Positions 51,726 through 61,267 of a DNA stretch of 64,000 nucleotides are shown here, piece by piece. Under the pieces are notes generated by a model. It saw nothing but the letters and a program-made list of their open reading frames with translations, was not told the DNA's origin and did not search any database. The DNA is from an uncultured Chloroflexia bacterium. Its GTDB lineage: Bacteria > Chloroflexota > Limnocylindria > Limnocylindrales > CSP1-4. Location of the stretch: assembly GCA_963819655.1 (NCBI GenBank), contig CAWFXA010000001.1:480001-544000 (forward strand). Direction: 5' to 3'. Position numbers and translations under genes: made by a program. Within the stretch, counting starts at the first letter, position 1; the number at the start of each line of letters is the position of its first letter.

Positions 51726-53495
51726 ATGCCCGACCCGTCCGCGCCGGCACCGTCACACCCGTACGACCGGCCGACCGACCCGGCCAAGCGCCATTCGTCG
51801 GCCCTGACCGATGGCCCCGATCGGGCCGGCGCCCGGGCGATGCTCAAGGCGATCGGCTTCACCGACGAGGACCTCGCCAAGCCGCTCGTCGGCGTCGCGA
51901 CGACGTGGATCGAGACGATGCCGTGCAACTACAACCAGCGCCGGCTGGCCGAGTCGGTGAAGGACGGGATCCGGGCGGCGGGCGGCACGCCGATGGAATT
52001 CAACACGGTCTCCGTGAGCGACGGCGTGTCGATGGGCACCGAGGGGATGAAGGCATCGCTCGTCAGCCGCGAGGTCATCGCCGATTCGATCGAGCTCGTC
52101 ATGCGCGGCCATCTGCTCGATGGCGTCGTCTGCCTGGTCGGCTGTGACAAGACCATCCCGGGAGCGGCGATGGCGCTCGGGCGCCTCGACGTCCCGGGCA
52201 CGATCCTCTACAACGGCACGATCTACCCCGGCGTCTATCGCGGGCAACGAAACGCGACGATCGTCACGGTCTACGAGGCGATCGGCGCATATCGGGCAGG
52301 CAAGATCAGCCTCGACGAGCTGTACGAGATCGAGAACGTGGCGTGCCCCGGTCCGGGCGCGTGCGGCGGCCAGTACACCGCCAACACGATGTCGACCGTG
52401 ATGGAGTTCATCGGCCTCTCGCCAGCGGGTTTGAACGGCATCCCGGCCGAGGACCCGGCCAAGGACGAGGCAGCGCGCAAGACCGGCGAGCTCGTGATGG
52501 ACCTCGTCCGCCGCGACGTCCGGCCATCGAGGTTCGTCACACGCGCGTCGCTCGAGAACGGCATCGCCAGCGTGGCCGCGACCGGTGGCTCGACCAACGG
52601 CGTGCTGCATCTGCTCGCGATCGCGCACGAATTCGGAATCGACCTCGACATCGACGACTTCGGAGCGATCGCCGATCGGACCCCGATCGTCGCCGACATG
52701 CACCCGGGCGGCCGCTACCTGGCCGCCGACATGTACGACGCGGGCGGCATCGGTCTGGTCATGCGCGAGCTGCTGAAGCGCCCGGGCCTGCTGCAGGGCG
52801 ATGCGCCGACTGTCGACGGCCGGACCATCGCGCAGATCGCCGCGGACGCCAGGGAGACCGAGGGCCAGAAGGTCGTGCTCCCGATCGATACCCCGCTCAA
52901 GCCGACCGGCGGGCTGGCGATCCTGCGCGGCTCGCTGGCACCGGATGGCTGTGTCGTGAAGCTGGCAGGGCACGAACGCCGGCTGCACCGCGGGCCGGCG
53001 CGCGTGTTCGACTCCGAGGCGGCCTGCTTCGAGGCCGTCAGCGACCGCCGCATCGTCCCGGGCGACGTCGTCGTGATCCGGTACGAGGGGCCGGTCGGCG
53101 GACCCGGGATGCAGGAGATGCTGAGCGTGACCGCCGCGCTGGTCGGCGAGGGTCTTGGCGACGAGGTCGCGCTGATCACCGACGGCCGCTTCTCGGGCGG
53201 CACGCACGGACTGATGATCGGCCACATCGCACCGGAGGCCGCACTCGGCGGGCCGATCGCGGTCGTCGAAGAGGGCGACGAGATCGTCATCGACGTCGAT
53301 CGGAAGGCGCTCGACCTGGACGTCCCGGTCGACGAGATCACGCGCCGGTTGGCCGCCTGGACACCGCGCCCGCCGAACTACGTCGGCGGCGTGCTGGCGA
53401 AGTACGCGGCGCTGGTCGGTTCGGCGTCTTCCGGGGCCGTGACGACGGGCGGCCGGATGGCCGCCAACCTCACGGGGCCGCGCATCGCTCCATGA
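51726..53495 (+). CDS. ilvD: dihydroxy-acid dehydratase
   Basis: [41 protein letters not shown]. Confidence 0.95.
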   Translation: MPDPSAPAPSHPYDRPTDPAKRHSSALTDGPDRAGARAMLKAIGFTDEDLAKPLVGVATTWIETMPCNYNQRRLAESVKDGIRAAGGTPMEFNTVSVSDGVSMGTEGMKASLVSREVIADSIELVMRGHLLDGVVCLVGCDKTIPGAAMALGRLDVPGTILYNGTIYPGVYRGQRNATIVTVYEAIGAYRAGKISLDELYEIENVACPGPGACGGQYTANTMSTVMEFIGLSPAGLNGIPAEDPAKDEAARKTGELVMDLVRRDVRPSRFVTRASLENGIASVAATGGSTNGVLHLLAIAHEFGIDLDIDDFGAIADRTPIVADMHPGGRYLAADMYDAGGIGLVMRELLKRPGLLQGDAPTVDGRTIAQIAADARETEGQKVVLPIDTPLKPTGGLAILRGSLAPDGCVVKLAGHERRLHRGPARVFDSEAACFEAVSDRRIVPGDVVVIRYEGPVGGPGMQEMLSVTAALVGEGLGDEVALITDGRFSGGTHGLMIGHIAPEAALGGPIAVVEEGDEIVIDVDRKALDLDVPVDEITRRLAAWTPRPPNYVGGVLAKYAALVGSASSGAVTTGGRMAANLTGPRIAP

Positions 53496-54399
53496 GCCGT
53501 CGGATCTCGATCGGCATCAAGACGTCGCCGCAGGCCGTCGACTGGAGCACCCTCGACGCTGCGTGGCAGCGCATCGGCACGCACGACGTCTTCGAGTCGG
53601 TCTGGATGAACGACCATCTGGTCGATGTCGCGCATGACCGCCACGGCGCGAGCCTCGAATCGATGACGGCGTTGGCAGCGCTCGCCCATCACGTGCCCGG
53701 GCGCTGGCTCGGCACGGCGGTCCTGGCGGCGACGTTCCGGCATCCCGCCGTCCTGGCCAAAGCGGCGACGGTCATGGACCACGCCACCGGCGGCCGGTAC
53801 ATCGTCGGCCTGGGAGCCGGCTGGCACGAGGGCGAGCACCTGCCGTTCGGCATCCCGATGCCGTCGATGCCGGAGCGGTTCGACCGCTTCGAGTCGGCTG
53901 TCCATGTCCTCCGCGCACTGTGGTCCGACGCCGCGCGGACCCCGCCCGGCGTGACCCGTCCAGACCGGTTCTACCCACTCACCGACGCCACGAACGAGCC
54001 GCCGACACTGACGCCGCGGTGGGCCACGCCTGTGGCTCGGAGGCCAGAGACGCCGCGGGATCGCGCTGGCGGCCGCAGTCGCCGACGGATGGGTCCAACC
54101 GGCGGTGGCGGTCGGCGAGGGTCGGCCGACCAGCCTCGAGGACTTCAGCGACAGGCGTGGGGCGCTGATCCGCGCCCTCGAGGAGGTCGGCCGCGACCCT
54201 GACACCTTCGAGTTCGGCGCCCAGGTCCCGACGGGCACGACCGATGACGACCGGCGGCACGCGTTGGACCAGGCGCATGAGGCGGTCGAGCGCGGGGCGA
54301 CCCACGTGATCCTCGGGCTGCGGCCCGAGCCTTGGCCCTGACGGCGTCGACGCCGTCGCCCGCCTGGTCGCCGAGCCGCTGCGGCAGGCGCTCGGGTGA
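53492..54399 (+). CDS. LLM-class flavin/F420-dependent oxidoreductase; frameshifts near 54017 and 54330
   Basis: [30 protein letters not shown], then P.LWLGG...ADGW in the shifted frame. Confidence 0.8.
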
Positions 54400-54449
54400 G
54401 GGCACGCGCCACCACGGGCCGATCCGCCCGGAGCGCGCATCATGAGCAC

Positions 54450-54707
54450 GTGACCGAGAGACCCTCGTCGCCGGCGTCGGGACTGCCGCCGGACCCGCTC
54501 GCCTATGACTCGCCGCGGGCCGTGCGCGCTCGCGAGAAGGGTCTCCAGGCACCGTACATCGCCGGCGGACTCGACCCGGATCCGGCCGCGGGCAGGGCCG
54601 AGGAACGACGGCTGGGGCGGCTGCTCGTCGCGATGATCGTGGTCATCGTGTCGTCCGGCTTCGTGATCGGCACTCTCGTCGCCCTTCTCGGCCCAAGCGG
54701 CTCGTGA
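54450..54707 (+). CDS. small membrane protein
   Basis: C-terminal TM LLVAMIVVIVSSGFVIGTLV; GTGA overlap with the next gene. Confidence 0.6.
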   Translation: MTERPSSPASGLPPDPLAYDSPRAVRAREKGLQAPYIAGGLDPDPAAGRAEERRLGRLLVAMIVVIVSSGFVIGTLVALLGPSGS

Positions 54708-56149
54708 CGACCGGCGCAAGGAGCCTCCCGTCCGCCGCGGTCGCGGCCGCGGACTGGGAGGCGGCTCACGAGGGGGTGGTCACGACCCTGCGCGAGCTGA
54801 TCCGCATCCCTTCGGTCAACCCGCCCGACCCCGCGGCACCCGACCAGGAGACGCGCGCCGCTCGCTATCTGGAGGGGCGCATCCGGGCGCTCGGCCTCGA
54901 TCCCGAGGTCGTCGAGCCCGCCCCGGGTCGCGGTTCCGTCCACGCGCGCCTGCGGGGTGACGGCACCGGCGGCGAGCCGTTCCTCCTGCTGTCGCACCTC
55001 GACGTCGTCCCGGCACCGCCCGACCGCTGGTCGCACGACCCGTTCGCCGCGGATATCGCCGACGGCTACGTCTACGGCCGCGGCGCGGTCGACATGAAGG
55101 GCATGATCGCCCTCGAGCTCGGCGTCATCGAGCGGCTGGTCGACGAGGCACGCGCGGCCGGCCGCGACCCCGCCAGGGACCCGATCCCGGGCATGCGACG
55201 AGACGTGCTGTTGACCTGCGCGGCCGACGAGGAATCGGGCTCGACCGACGGTGCCCGCTGGTTCGCCGCACATCGCCCGGAATGGTTGCGGGCCGCGGGA
55301 GCGGTGAACGAATGCGGCGGTGTGTCGGTGACGGTCGCTGGCCGGAGGCTCTATCCGATCCAGGTCGCCGAGAAGGGCTTCGTCCCGTACCGCATCCACG
55401 TCACGGGCAACTGGGGCCACGGCTCGATGCCACGCGACGACAACGCGGCGGTCCTCGCGGCCGCCATCATCGAGCGACTCGCCGTGCCCGGGCCGGTCCG
55501 GATGACGCCGGTGATGGTCCGGTTCCTCGAAACCGCAGCCGCGGTACTGCCCGGCGATGCGGCCGCGACGCTGCGCTCGATCGCCCGCGGTGAGCTCGCC
55601 CCTGACGCGACGGACCACGCGATCGATGGGCTGTGCGACCCGATGTATGCGCGCGCTCTGCGAGCCCTGATCCGCGACACGCTCAGCCCGGACGTCATCC
55701 ATGCCGGCGTCAAGTACAACGTGATCCCGGGCGATGCGGACATCGAGGTCGACTGCCGCATCCTGCCCGGTACGACCGAGGCCGACATCCGCGCGGAGGT
55801 CGAGCGGCGCATCGGCCCGGACCTGCTCGCCGCGTGCAGCATCGAGCGGTTAGCCTGGGGCGACCCGGTCGAGGCGCCGGCCGAGGGGCCGCTGTGGGAC
55901 ACGCTGGTGGCCACGCTGCGCGACCACGATCCCGAGGGCATCCCCCTCCCGGTCATGACGCCATTCGCCACGGATGCCAAGGCGACATCGCTTGTCGGCA
56001 CCCCGACCTACGGCTTCTCGCCGTTCCGCCTCGAGCCCGACGAGCGCTTCCTCGAGCGCTTCCACGGCGTCGACGAACGGATCTCGCTCGACGCGCTCCG
56101 GTTCGGGCTCCCGGTGCTGTACGACGTCGTGCGCCGCTTCTGCGGCTGA
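54704..56149 (+). CDS. M20/M25/M40 metallo-hydrolase
   Basis: SHLDVV, YGRGAVDMKG, ADEE, GHGS, HGVDER. Confidence 0.92.
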   Translation: MTTGARSLPSAAVAAADWEAAHEGVVTTLRELIRIPSVNPPDPAAPDQETRAARYLEGRIRALGLDPEVVEPAPGRGSVHARLRGDGTGGEPFLLLSHLDVVPAPPDRWSHDPFAADIADGYVYGRGAVDMKGMIALELGVIERLVDEARAAGRDPARDPIPGMRRDVLLTCAADEESGSTDGARWFAAHRPEWLRAAGAVNECGGVSVTVAGRRLYPIQVAEKGFVPYRIHVTGNWGHGSMPRDDNAAVLAAAIIERLAVPGPVRMTPVMVRFLETAAAVLPGDAAATLRSIARGELAPDATDHAIDGLCDPMYARALRALIRDTLSPDVIHAGVKYNVIPGDADIEVDCRILPGTTEADIRAEVERRIGPDLLAACSIERLAWGDPVEAPAEGPLWDTLVATLRDHDPEGIPLPVMTPFATDAKATSLVGTPTYGFSPFRLEPDERFLERFHGVDERISLDALRFGLPVLYDVVRRFCG

Positions 56150-56161
56150 CGGGGCCGCCGG

Positions 56162-56395
56162 TCAGTCGTTCGGCCGCTGCTCCTTCGGGACCGTGACGCG
56201 GACGCGCTCCTCACACGATTGGCAGACGTAGTAATGGCCGCGCTGCCATTCCTGTTCCGGGTCGAGCTCGGCGACATCGTGCGCCATGCGCTCGGGATCC
56301 GGCTCCGGTTCGGGGACCATGTTGCCCCACGACCCGTCTGAATGTTGGTGCTGGACGTAGAACAGCGCGTTGGACAACTGGCCGTATTGGAACAT
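56162..56395 (-). CDS. 77-aa hypothetical protein with HxH and CxxC
   Basis: GGAGGT RBS; QHQHSDG and YVCQSCEE. Confidence 0.65.
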   Translation of the reverse strand: MFQYGQLSNALFYVQHQHSDGSWGNMVPEPEPDPERMAHDVAELDPEQEWQRGHYYVCQSCEERVRVTVPKEQRPND

Positions 56396-56440
56396 CCGGG
56401 TGTGACCTCCTGACCGTAGCCTACCTCCCCGCCGGTCCCG

Positions 56441-57001
56441 TCACGTCCCGGGTTCGCGCCGTGCCCGGATCAAGCGGCCTCTGCGACTGATCGCGTGCGT
56501 CGCGAGCGCCGCGACGCCCATCGCGACGATCGATCGTTCCGCGGTCGGGAGGGGCCGCACCGCGGACAGGAATTGCTCGGCGCGCCCGCGGTCGACGACC
56601 CGCAGGATGGCGTGACCGCGCGGGGTCAAGCGCAGGACCTTCTGGCGCCGGTCCTCCTCCTCGGCGCGGCGCTCCACCAGGCGCCGCTTGACCAGACCGT
56701 CGATGAGGCGGCTCGTCGCCGACGGCGACCGGTTGATGGACTCGGCCAGCTCCCCGATCGTCAGCGTGCTGCCGTCGGCGAGCACGTACAGCGCAGCGAG
56801 CTGGGTGAAACCGAGCCGCAGCTCGCCGAGCTGGCTCGCGAAGCCGATGACGAGCTCGCGCCACAGCGCACGACCCATCGCCACGCGCTCGCTGATCTGA
56901 CGGACGTTGGGCAGCCGCGTCCCCGCAGCCAGGACCGGTGCCGAGAGATCGGCTTCGAAGCGCTGTGCGATCGCGCGGCGGGGCGCCGGTCGGGTAGCCA
57001 T
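56441..57001 (-). CDS. MarR-family transcriptional regulator
   Basis: LTIGELAE...SATSRLIDGLVKRRLVER...DRRQKVLRLTPRG. Confidence 0.88.
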   Translation of the reverse strand: MATRPAPRRAIAQRFEADLSAPVLAAGTRLPNVRQISERVAMGRALWRELVIGFASQLGELRLGFTQLAALYVLADGSTLTIGELAESINRSPSATSRLIDGLVKRRLVERRAEEEDRRQKVLRLTPRGHAILRVVDRGRAEQFLSAVRPLPTAERSIVAMGVAALATHAISRRGRLIRARREPGT

Positions 57002-57016
57002 GCATGCAAGCATGCA
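57001..57016. promoter_or_regulatory. inverted repeat, candidate MarR operator
   Basis: TGCATGC-AA-GCATGCA in the 60-bp divergent marR/fabD gap. Confidence 0.6.
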
Positions 57017-57061
57017 CGTGAATCCCGGTGCCCGGCAAGGCCTGCCCGTACGCTTCCGGCG

Positions 57062-58024
57062 ATGTCCCCATTCGCATTCGTGTTTCCCGGCCAGGGCTCG
57101 CAATCGGTGGGCATGGGCCGGGACCTCGCCATGTCATCACCTACCGCTGGGGCAGTGTGGTCCGCGGCTGACGACGCCCTCGGCGAGCCACTGGGTGCGC
57201 TCGCATGGGATGGCCCCGCAGACCGGCTCGACCGCACCGAGAACGCGCAGCCCGCCATTCTCGCGGCGTCGATCGCGATCCTCGAGGCGATGCGCGATCG
57301 CTGGGCGGCCGCCGGTCTGGAGCCCCCGACACCGGCCTTCGCCGCGGGCCATTCGATGGGTCAGTACTCCGCACTCGTCGCGAGCGGCGTCCTGTCGCTG
57401 GCGGATGGCGTTCGACTCGTCCGCCGCCGCGGTGAGCTGATGCAGGCGTCGGGCCAGGGTCGCGACGGCGCGATGGCCGCGATCATCGGCCTCGATGACG
57501 CGCGGGTCCCCGAGCTGCTCGAGGCGGCCGCGAAGCATGGCACGTTCGTCGTGGCGAACCGGAACGCGCCCGGCCAGGTCGTCGTGTCTGGCGAGCGCGG
57601 CGCGATCGAGGCCGGTGCCGAGATCGCCCGTGAGCTGGGCGCCAAGCGCTCGATCGTGCTGCCCGTCAGCGTCGCGGCTCACTCGCCGCTCATGGCCGAG
57701 GCGGCGGATGGCATGCGCGCCACGCTCGAGGGTGTCGAGTTCCACGATCCGTGGACGACGCTCCTGGCCAACGCAGACGGCCACCCGATCACGTCGGCTG
57801 CGGGTGCACGAGAGGAGCTCGTGGACCACCTGACGGCCGGGGTCGACTGGGTCGGGGCGGTCCAGCGGATGACCGGCGCCGGCGTCACGACCTTCATCGA
57901 GGTCGGCCCGGGCAAGGTCCTGACCGGTCTCATCAAACGCATCGCCCCGGATGCCGAGACCGTCCCCGCGGACGATCCGGCCACACACGACCGACTCCTC
58001 GATCTCGCCGCCGTCGCGGCCTGA
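57062..58024 (+). CDS. fabD: malonyl-CoA:ACP transacylase
   Basis: FVFPGQGSQ, GHSMGQY, VSVAAHS, EVGPGKVL. Confidence 0.93.
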   Translation: MSPFAFVFPGQGSQSVGMGRDLAMSSPTAGAVWSAADDALGEPLGALAWDGPADRLDRTENAQPAILAASIAILEAMRDRWAAAGLEPPTPAFAAGHSMGQYSALVASGVLSLADGVRLVRRRGELMQASGQGRDGAMAAIIGLDDARVPELLEAAAKHGTFVVANRNAPGQVVVSGERGAIEAGAEIARELGAKRSIVLPVSVAAHSPLMAEAADGMRATLEGVEFHDPWTTLLANADGHPITSAAGAREELVDHLTAGVDWVGAVQRMTGAGVTTFIEVGPGKVLTGLIKRIAPDAETVPADDPATHDRLLDLAAVAA

Positions 58025-58052
58025 TCGCCCACTCCTGGAGGGATAGCCCAAC

Positions 58053-59327
58053 ATGCGTCGACCCGACTACGACCGCCGCGTCGTCGTCACCGGACTCGGG
58101 GTGGTCAGCCCCGTCGGCAACGACAAGGACACGGCCTGGTCGAACCTCGTCAACGGTGTCTCCGGCCTCGGCCCGATCACCCATTTCGACTCATCGCCGT
58201 ACGAGGCGAAGGTGGCCGGCGAGGTCCGCGATTTCGACGCCAAGGAATGGATGGACCCGAAAGCCGCGCGCCGCAGCGAGTCGAGCATGCATTTCGGGGT
58301 CGCGGCGGCCAAGCAGGCCCTGGCCGATTCCGGCTTCGAGCTGACGGACGAGAACCGCACCGAGGTCGGGGTCGTGTTCGGCTCGGGCGCGGGCGGTCAG
58401 CAGCTGATGATCGACAACTACATGACCCTCCACGAACGTGGCCCGCGGACGGTCGCACCGACGTTCATCGCGAACGCCCTCGTCGACAGCTGTTCGGGGA
58501 TGATCGCGATCGAGACGGGGGCGATCGGTCACAACGTCTGCATGGTGTCAGCCTGCGCGACCGGCACGCACAACGTGGGCGAGGCGGCCGAGGCGATCCG
58601 TCGCGGCGATTGCGTGGCGGTGATCAGCGGCTCGACCGAGGCGCCTCTGCTCGAGGTCGCGCACGCCGGGTTCTCGAATATGCGCGGCATGGGCCTCCCC
58701 CGCCCCGGCGAGGAGCCGCAGACCGTGTCGCGCCCGTTCGATGCCACGCGCGATGGATTCGTCCTCGGCGAGGGCGCCGGCTCCCTGTTCCTCGAAGACC
58801 TCGACATCGCCAAGGCCCGTGGCGCGACGATCTACGCCGAGGTCGTCGGGTACGGCTCGGCCGCCGACGGGTGGGACATGGTCCAGCCGATCGACGCCGG
58901 CGTCGGGTCGGCACGGGCGATGCAGATGGCGCTCGACCGCCGCGGCGTGCCCGCCGACGAAGTCGACCTGATCAACCCCCACGGCACCTCGACGCCGCTC
59001 GGCGACAAGCGCGAGGCGGAGGCGATCTGGACGACGTTCGGGTCGCGCTCCGCGCGCGACGCCAAGGCGATCGCGATCAGCGGGACCAAGTCGATGACCG
59101 GGCACATGATGGGCGCGGCGGGGGCATTCGAGGCGTTCGCGACGGTGATGGCGGTCGCCGAGCAGTGCGCGCCGGGCACCCTCAACTACCGCGACTACGA
59201 CCCGGAGTGCGACCTGTGGGTCCCGGCCGAGACGGTCCCGATGCCGATCCGCCACGCGCTGTCCAACAACATCGGTCTGGGTGGACACAACGGCGCGGTC
59301 ATCTTCAAGCGCTACGACGGCGACTGA
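58053..59327 (+). CDS. fabF: beta-ketoacyl-ACP synthase II-like
   Basis: Cys-His-His triad in SACATG, PHGTST and GHMMGA. Confidence 0.85.
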   Translation: MRRPDYDRRVVVTGLGVVSPVGNDKDTAWSNLVNGVSGLGPITHFDSSPYEAKVAGEVRDFDAKEWMDPKAARRSESSMHFGVAAAKQALADSGFELTDENRTEVGVVFGSGAGGQQLMIDNYMTLHERGPRTVAPTFIANALVDSCSGMIAIETGAIGHNVCMVSACATGTHNVGEAAEAIRRGDCVAVISGSTEAPLLEVAHAGFSNMRGMGLPRPGEEPQTVSRPFDATRDGFVLGEGAGSLFLEDLDIAKARGATIYAEVVGYGSAADGWDMVQPIDAGVGSARAMQMALDRRGVPADEVDLINPHGTSTPLGDKREAEAIWTTFGSRSARDAKAIAISGTKSMTGHMMGAAGAFEAFATVMAVAEQCAPGTLNYRDYDPECDLWVPAETVPMPIRHALSNNIGLGGHNGAVIFKRYDGD

Positions 59328-59500
59328 CCGTTCTGCCCCCTTCCCGCGTGGGTCACTCACGGTGACGGTGTCTCGCTCGGTCACGCCCGTCAGTCTCGCG
59401 CGAGGAGCGTTGGATGGCGTTGACGCCGATGCCGGGCCCGTCCCGGACCTCGCTGCCTACAATCTGTGCGTGCCCGTGCCCCACCCCACCGTGACGTCCC

Positions 59501-60766
59501 ATGGCTGAGCGCGACCCGGCCCGGCGTGCGGTCGTCACCGGCCTCGGCGCGATCATGCCCATCGGCAACGACTTCCCGACGTACTGGGCGAACCTCAAGG
59601 CCGGCGTGACCGGCACGCGCACGATCCGAAGCTTCGATGCGTCGCAGCACGAGGTCCGCATCGCGGCCGAGGTCCTCGATTTCGATCCGGCCACGGTCAT
59701 GGACCCCAAGATGGCGCGCCGGATGAGCCGCTTCATCCACCTCGCGATGGGCGCCGGCAAGGAGGCGGTGGCGGACTCGGGCATCGATTTCGCAGCCATG
59801 ACGCCGGAGCAGCGCGACCGCGTCGGGGTCGTCGTCAACACCGGCGGTGGCGGCATCGAGCAGATCATCGACGGGACTCACGTCCACGATCGGAAGGGCC
59901 CCCGGTTCGTCTCGCCGTTCGCCGTGCCCGCGCTGTCCGGGTCCATGGCGGCGGCCTTGCTGTCGATGGAGTGGGGCCTGACTGGGCCCGTCATCACCCA
60001 GGTCGCCGCGTGCGCGACGTCCGTGATCGCCTTCCACGACGCGCTCCGCCTCATCCGCGAGGGCGAATGCGACGTGGTCGTGACCGGCGGCTCGGAGGCG
60101 CCGATCTGGCCGATGGGGGTCGCCGCGCTCGCCAACATGACGGCCCTCTCGAAACGGAACGACACCCCCGAGACCGCGTCGCGACCGTTCGACCTGACGC
60201 GGGACGGGTTCGTCCTGGGCGAAGGGGCCGGCATCGTGATCGTCGAGTCGCTCGCCCACGCACGAGAGCGTGGCGCCACGCCGATCGCCGAGGTGCTCGG
60301 CGGCGCACTCACTGCCGACGCGTTCCACATCAGCGCCCCCGAGCCGACGGGTCGCGGCCAGATGCGGTCCATGACGAATGCCATGCGGAACAGCGGTATC
60401 GCGCCGGACGAGGTCGACTACATCGTGGCCCATGGCACGGCGACGCCGCTCAACGACGTCACCGAGACGCGCGCGATCAAGGGTGCGTACGGGGAGCACG
60501 CCTACAAGGTCGCCATCAGCTCGCCGAAATCGATGATCGGCCACCTCGTCGGCGCGGCAGGCATCGCCAGCGCGCTGGCCGGACTGGGCGCGATCCGCGA
60601 CGGGGTCATCCCGCCGACCGCCAACCTGCGCACACCCGATCCCGAGTGCGACCTGGACTACGTGCCGCTCACGGCGCGCACGGCCAGGGTCGACACGGTT
60701 GCTGTGGACGGTTTCGGGTTCGGCGGCCAGAACGCGGTCTCGATCTTCCGCCGCGTGGTCGACTGA
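59501..60766 (+). CDS. fabF: beta-ketoacyl-ACP synthase II-like (second copy)
   Basis: AACATS, AHGTAT, GHLVGA, GFGFGGQN. Confidence 0.85.
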   Translation: MAERDPARRAVVTGLGAIMPIGNDFPTYWANLKAGVTGTRTIRSFDASQHEVRIAAEVLDFDPATVMDPKMARRMSRFIHLAMGAGKEAVADSGIDFAAMTPEQRDRVGVVVNTGGGGIEQIIDGTHVHDRKGPRFVSPFAVPALSGSMAAALLSMEWGLTGPVITQVAACATSVIAFHDALRLIREGECDVVVTGGSEAPIWPMGVAALANMTALSKRNDTPETASRPFDLTRDGFVLGEGAGIVIVESLAHARERGATPIAEVLGGALTADAFHISAPEPTGRGQMRSMTNAMRNSGIAPDEVDYIVAHGTATPLNDVTETRAIKGAYGEHAYKVAISSPKSMIGHLVGAAGIASALAGLGAIRDGVIPPTANLRTPDPECDLDYVPLTARTARVDTVAVDGFGFGGQNAVSIFRRVVD

Positions 60767-60770
60767 CGGC

Positions 60771-61259
60771 TTAGCGCAGCGCGCGACCCTCGAACGTCTC
60801 GATCGCGTCGATGTGCGCCGGGCTCAGCGGCGCGGAGCGATCGGCCTCGTAGTCGTAGCGGACCATCACCGAGTCGCTCGTCGCGACCAGTCGTGGACTC
60901 CCGCCGGGTCCGCACGCCGTCAGCCGGTGCTCGAGCGTGAACGACGACCGACCGATGTGCGTGGCTCGCGTCTCGACCGTGACGGTCTCGCTGTGGAAGA
61001 CCGGCGCCCGGTACGTGATCCGTGCCTCGGCGAGGATCAGACTCTCGGCCCCTTCGTGGCCGGCCGACACCGGCTCACCGGTGACGTCGGTCCAGTACCG
61101 GATGCGGGCCATCTCGCAGTAGGTCAGGTAGACCGCGTTGTTGACGTGGCCCATCGCATCGGTGTCGGCGAAACGCACCTCGATGGCGACGGTGTGGGCG
61201 AAGTCGCCCGCCAGGTCGCGTGGATCCGCCGGGGTCTCGATGCGTGCGCGGGCCGCCAT
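60771..61259 (-). CDS. hot-dog acyl-CoA thioesterase (4HBT/YbgC-like)
   Basis: VRFADTDAMGHVNNAVYLTYCEMAR. Confidence 0.88.
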   Translation of the reverse strand: MAARARIETPADPRDLAGDFAHTVAIEVRFADTDAMGHVNNAVYLTYCEMARIRYWTDVTGEPVSAGHEGAESLILAEARITYRAPVFHSETVTVETRATHIGRSSFTLEHRLTACGPGGSPRLVATSDSVMVRYDYEADRSAPLSPAHIDAIETFEGRALR

Positions 61260-61267
61260 GTCGAGGC

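Noticed and set aside
52343-53491. 619-aa ORF as an extended LLM oxidoreductase
   Set aside because: The N-terminal 380 aa overlap ilvD out of frame; the real start is ATG 53492.
59470-59508. Leaderless uORF MPVPHPTVTSHG before the second fabF
   Set aside because: It is one base out of frame with fabF across C runs and cannot be told apart from an assembly indel.
57062-61259. Type II PKS (KS/CLF) cluster
   Set aside because: Both KS proteins keep the catalytic Cys, and there is no ACP, cyclase or tailoring gene; FASII fits better.
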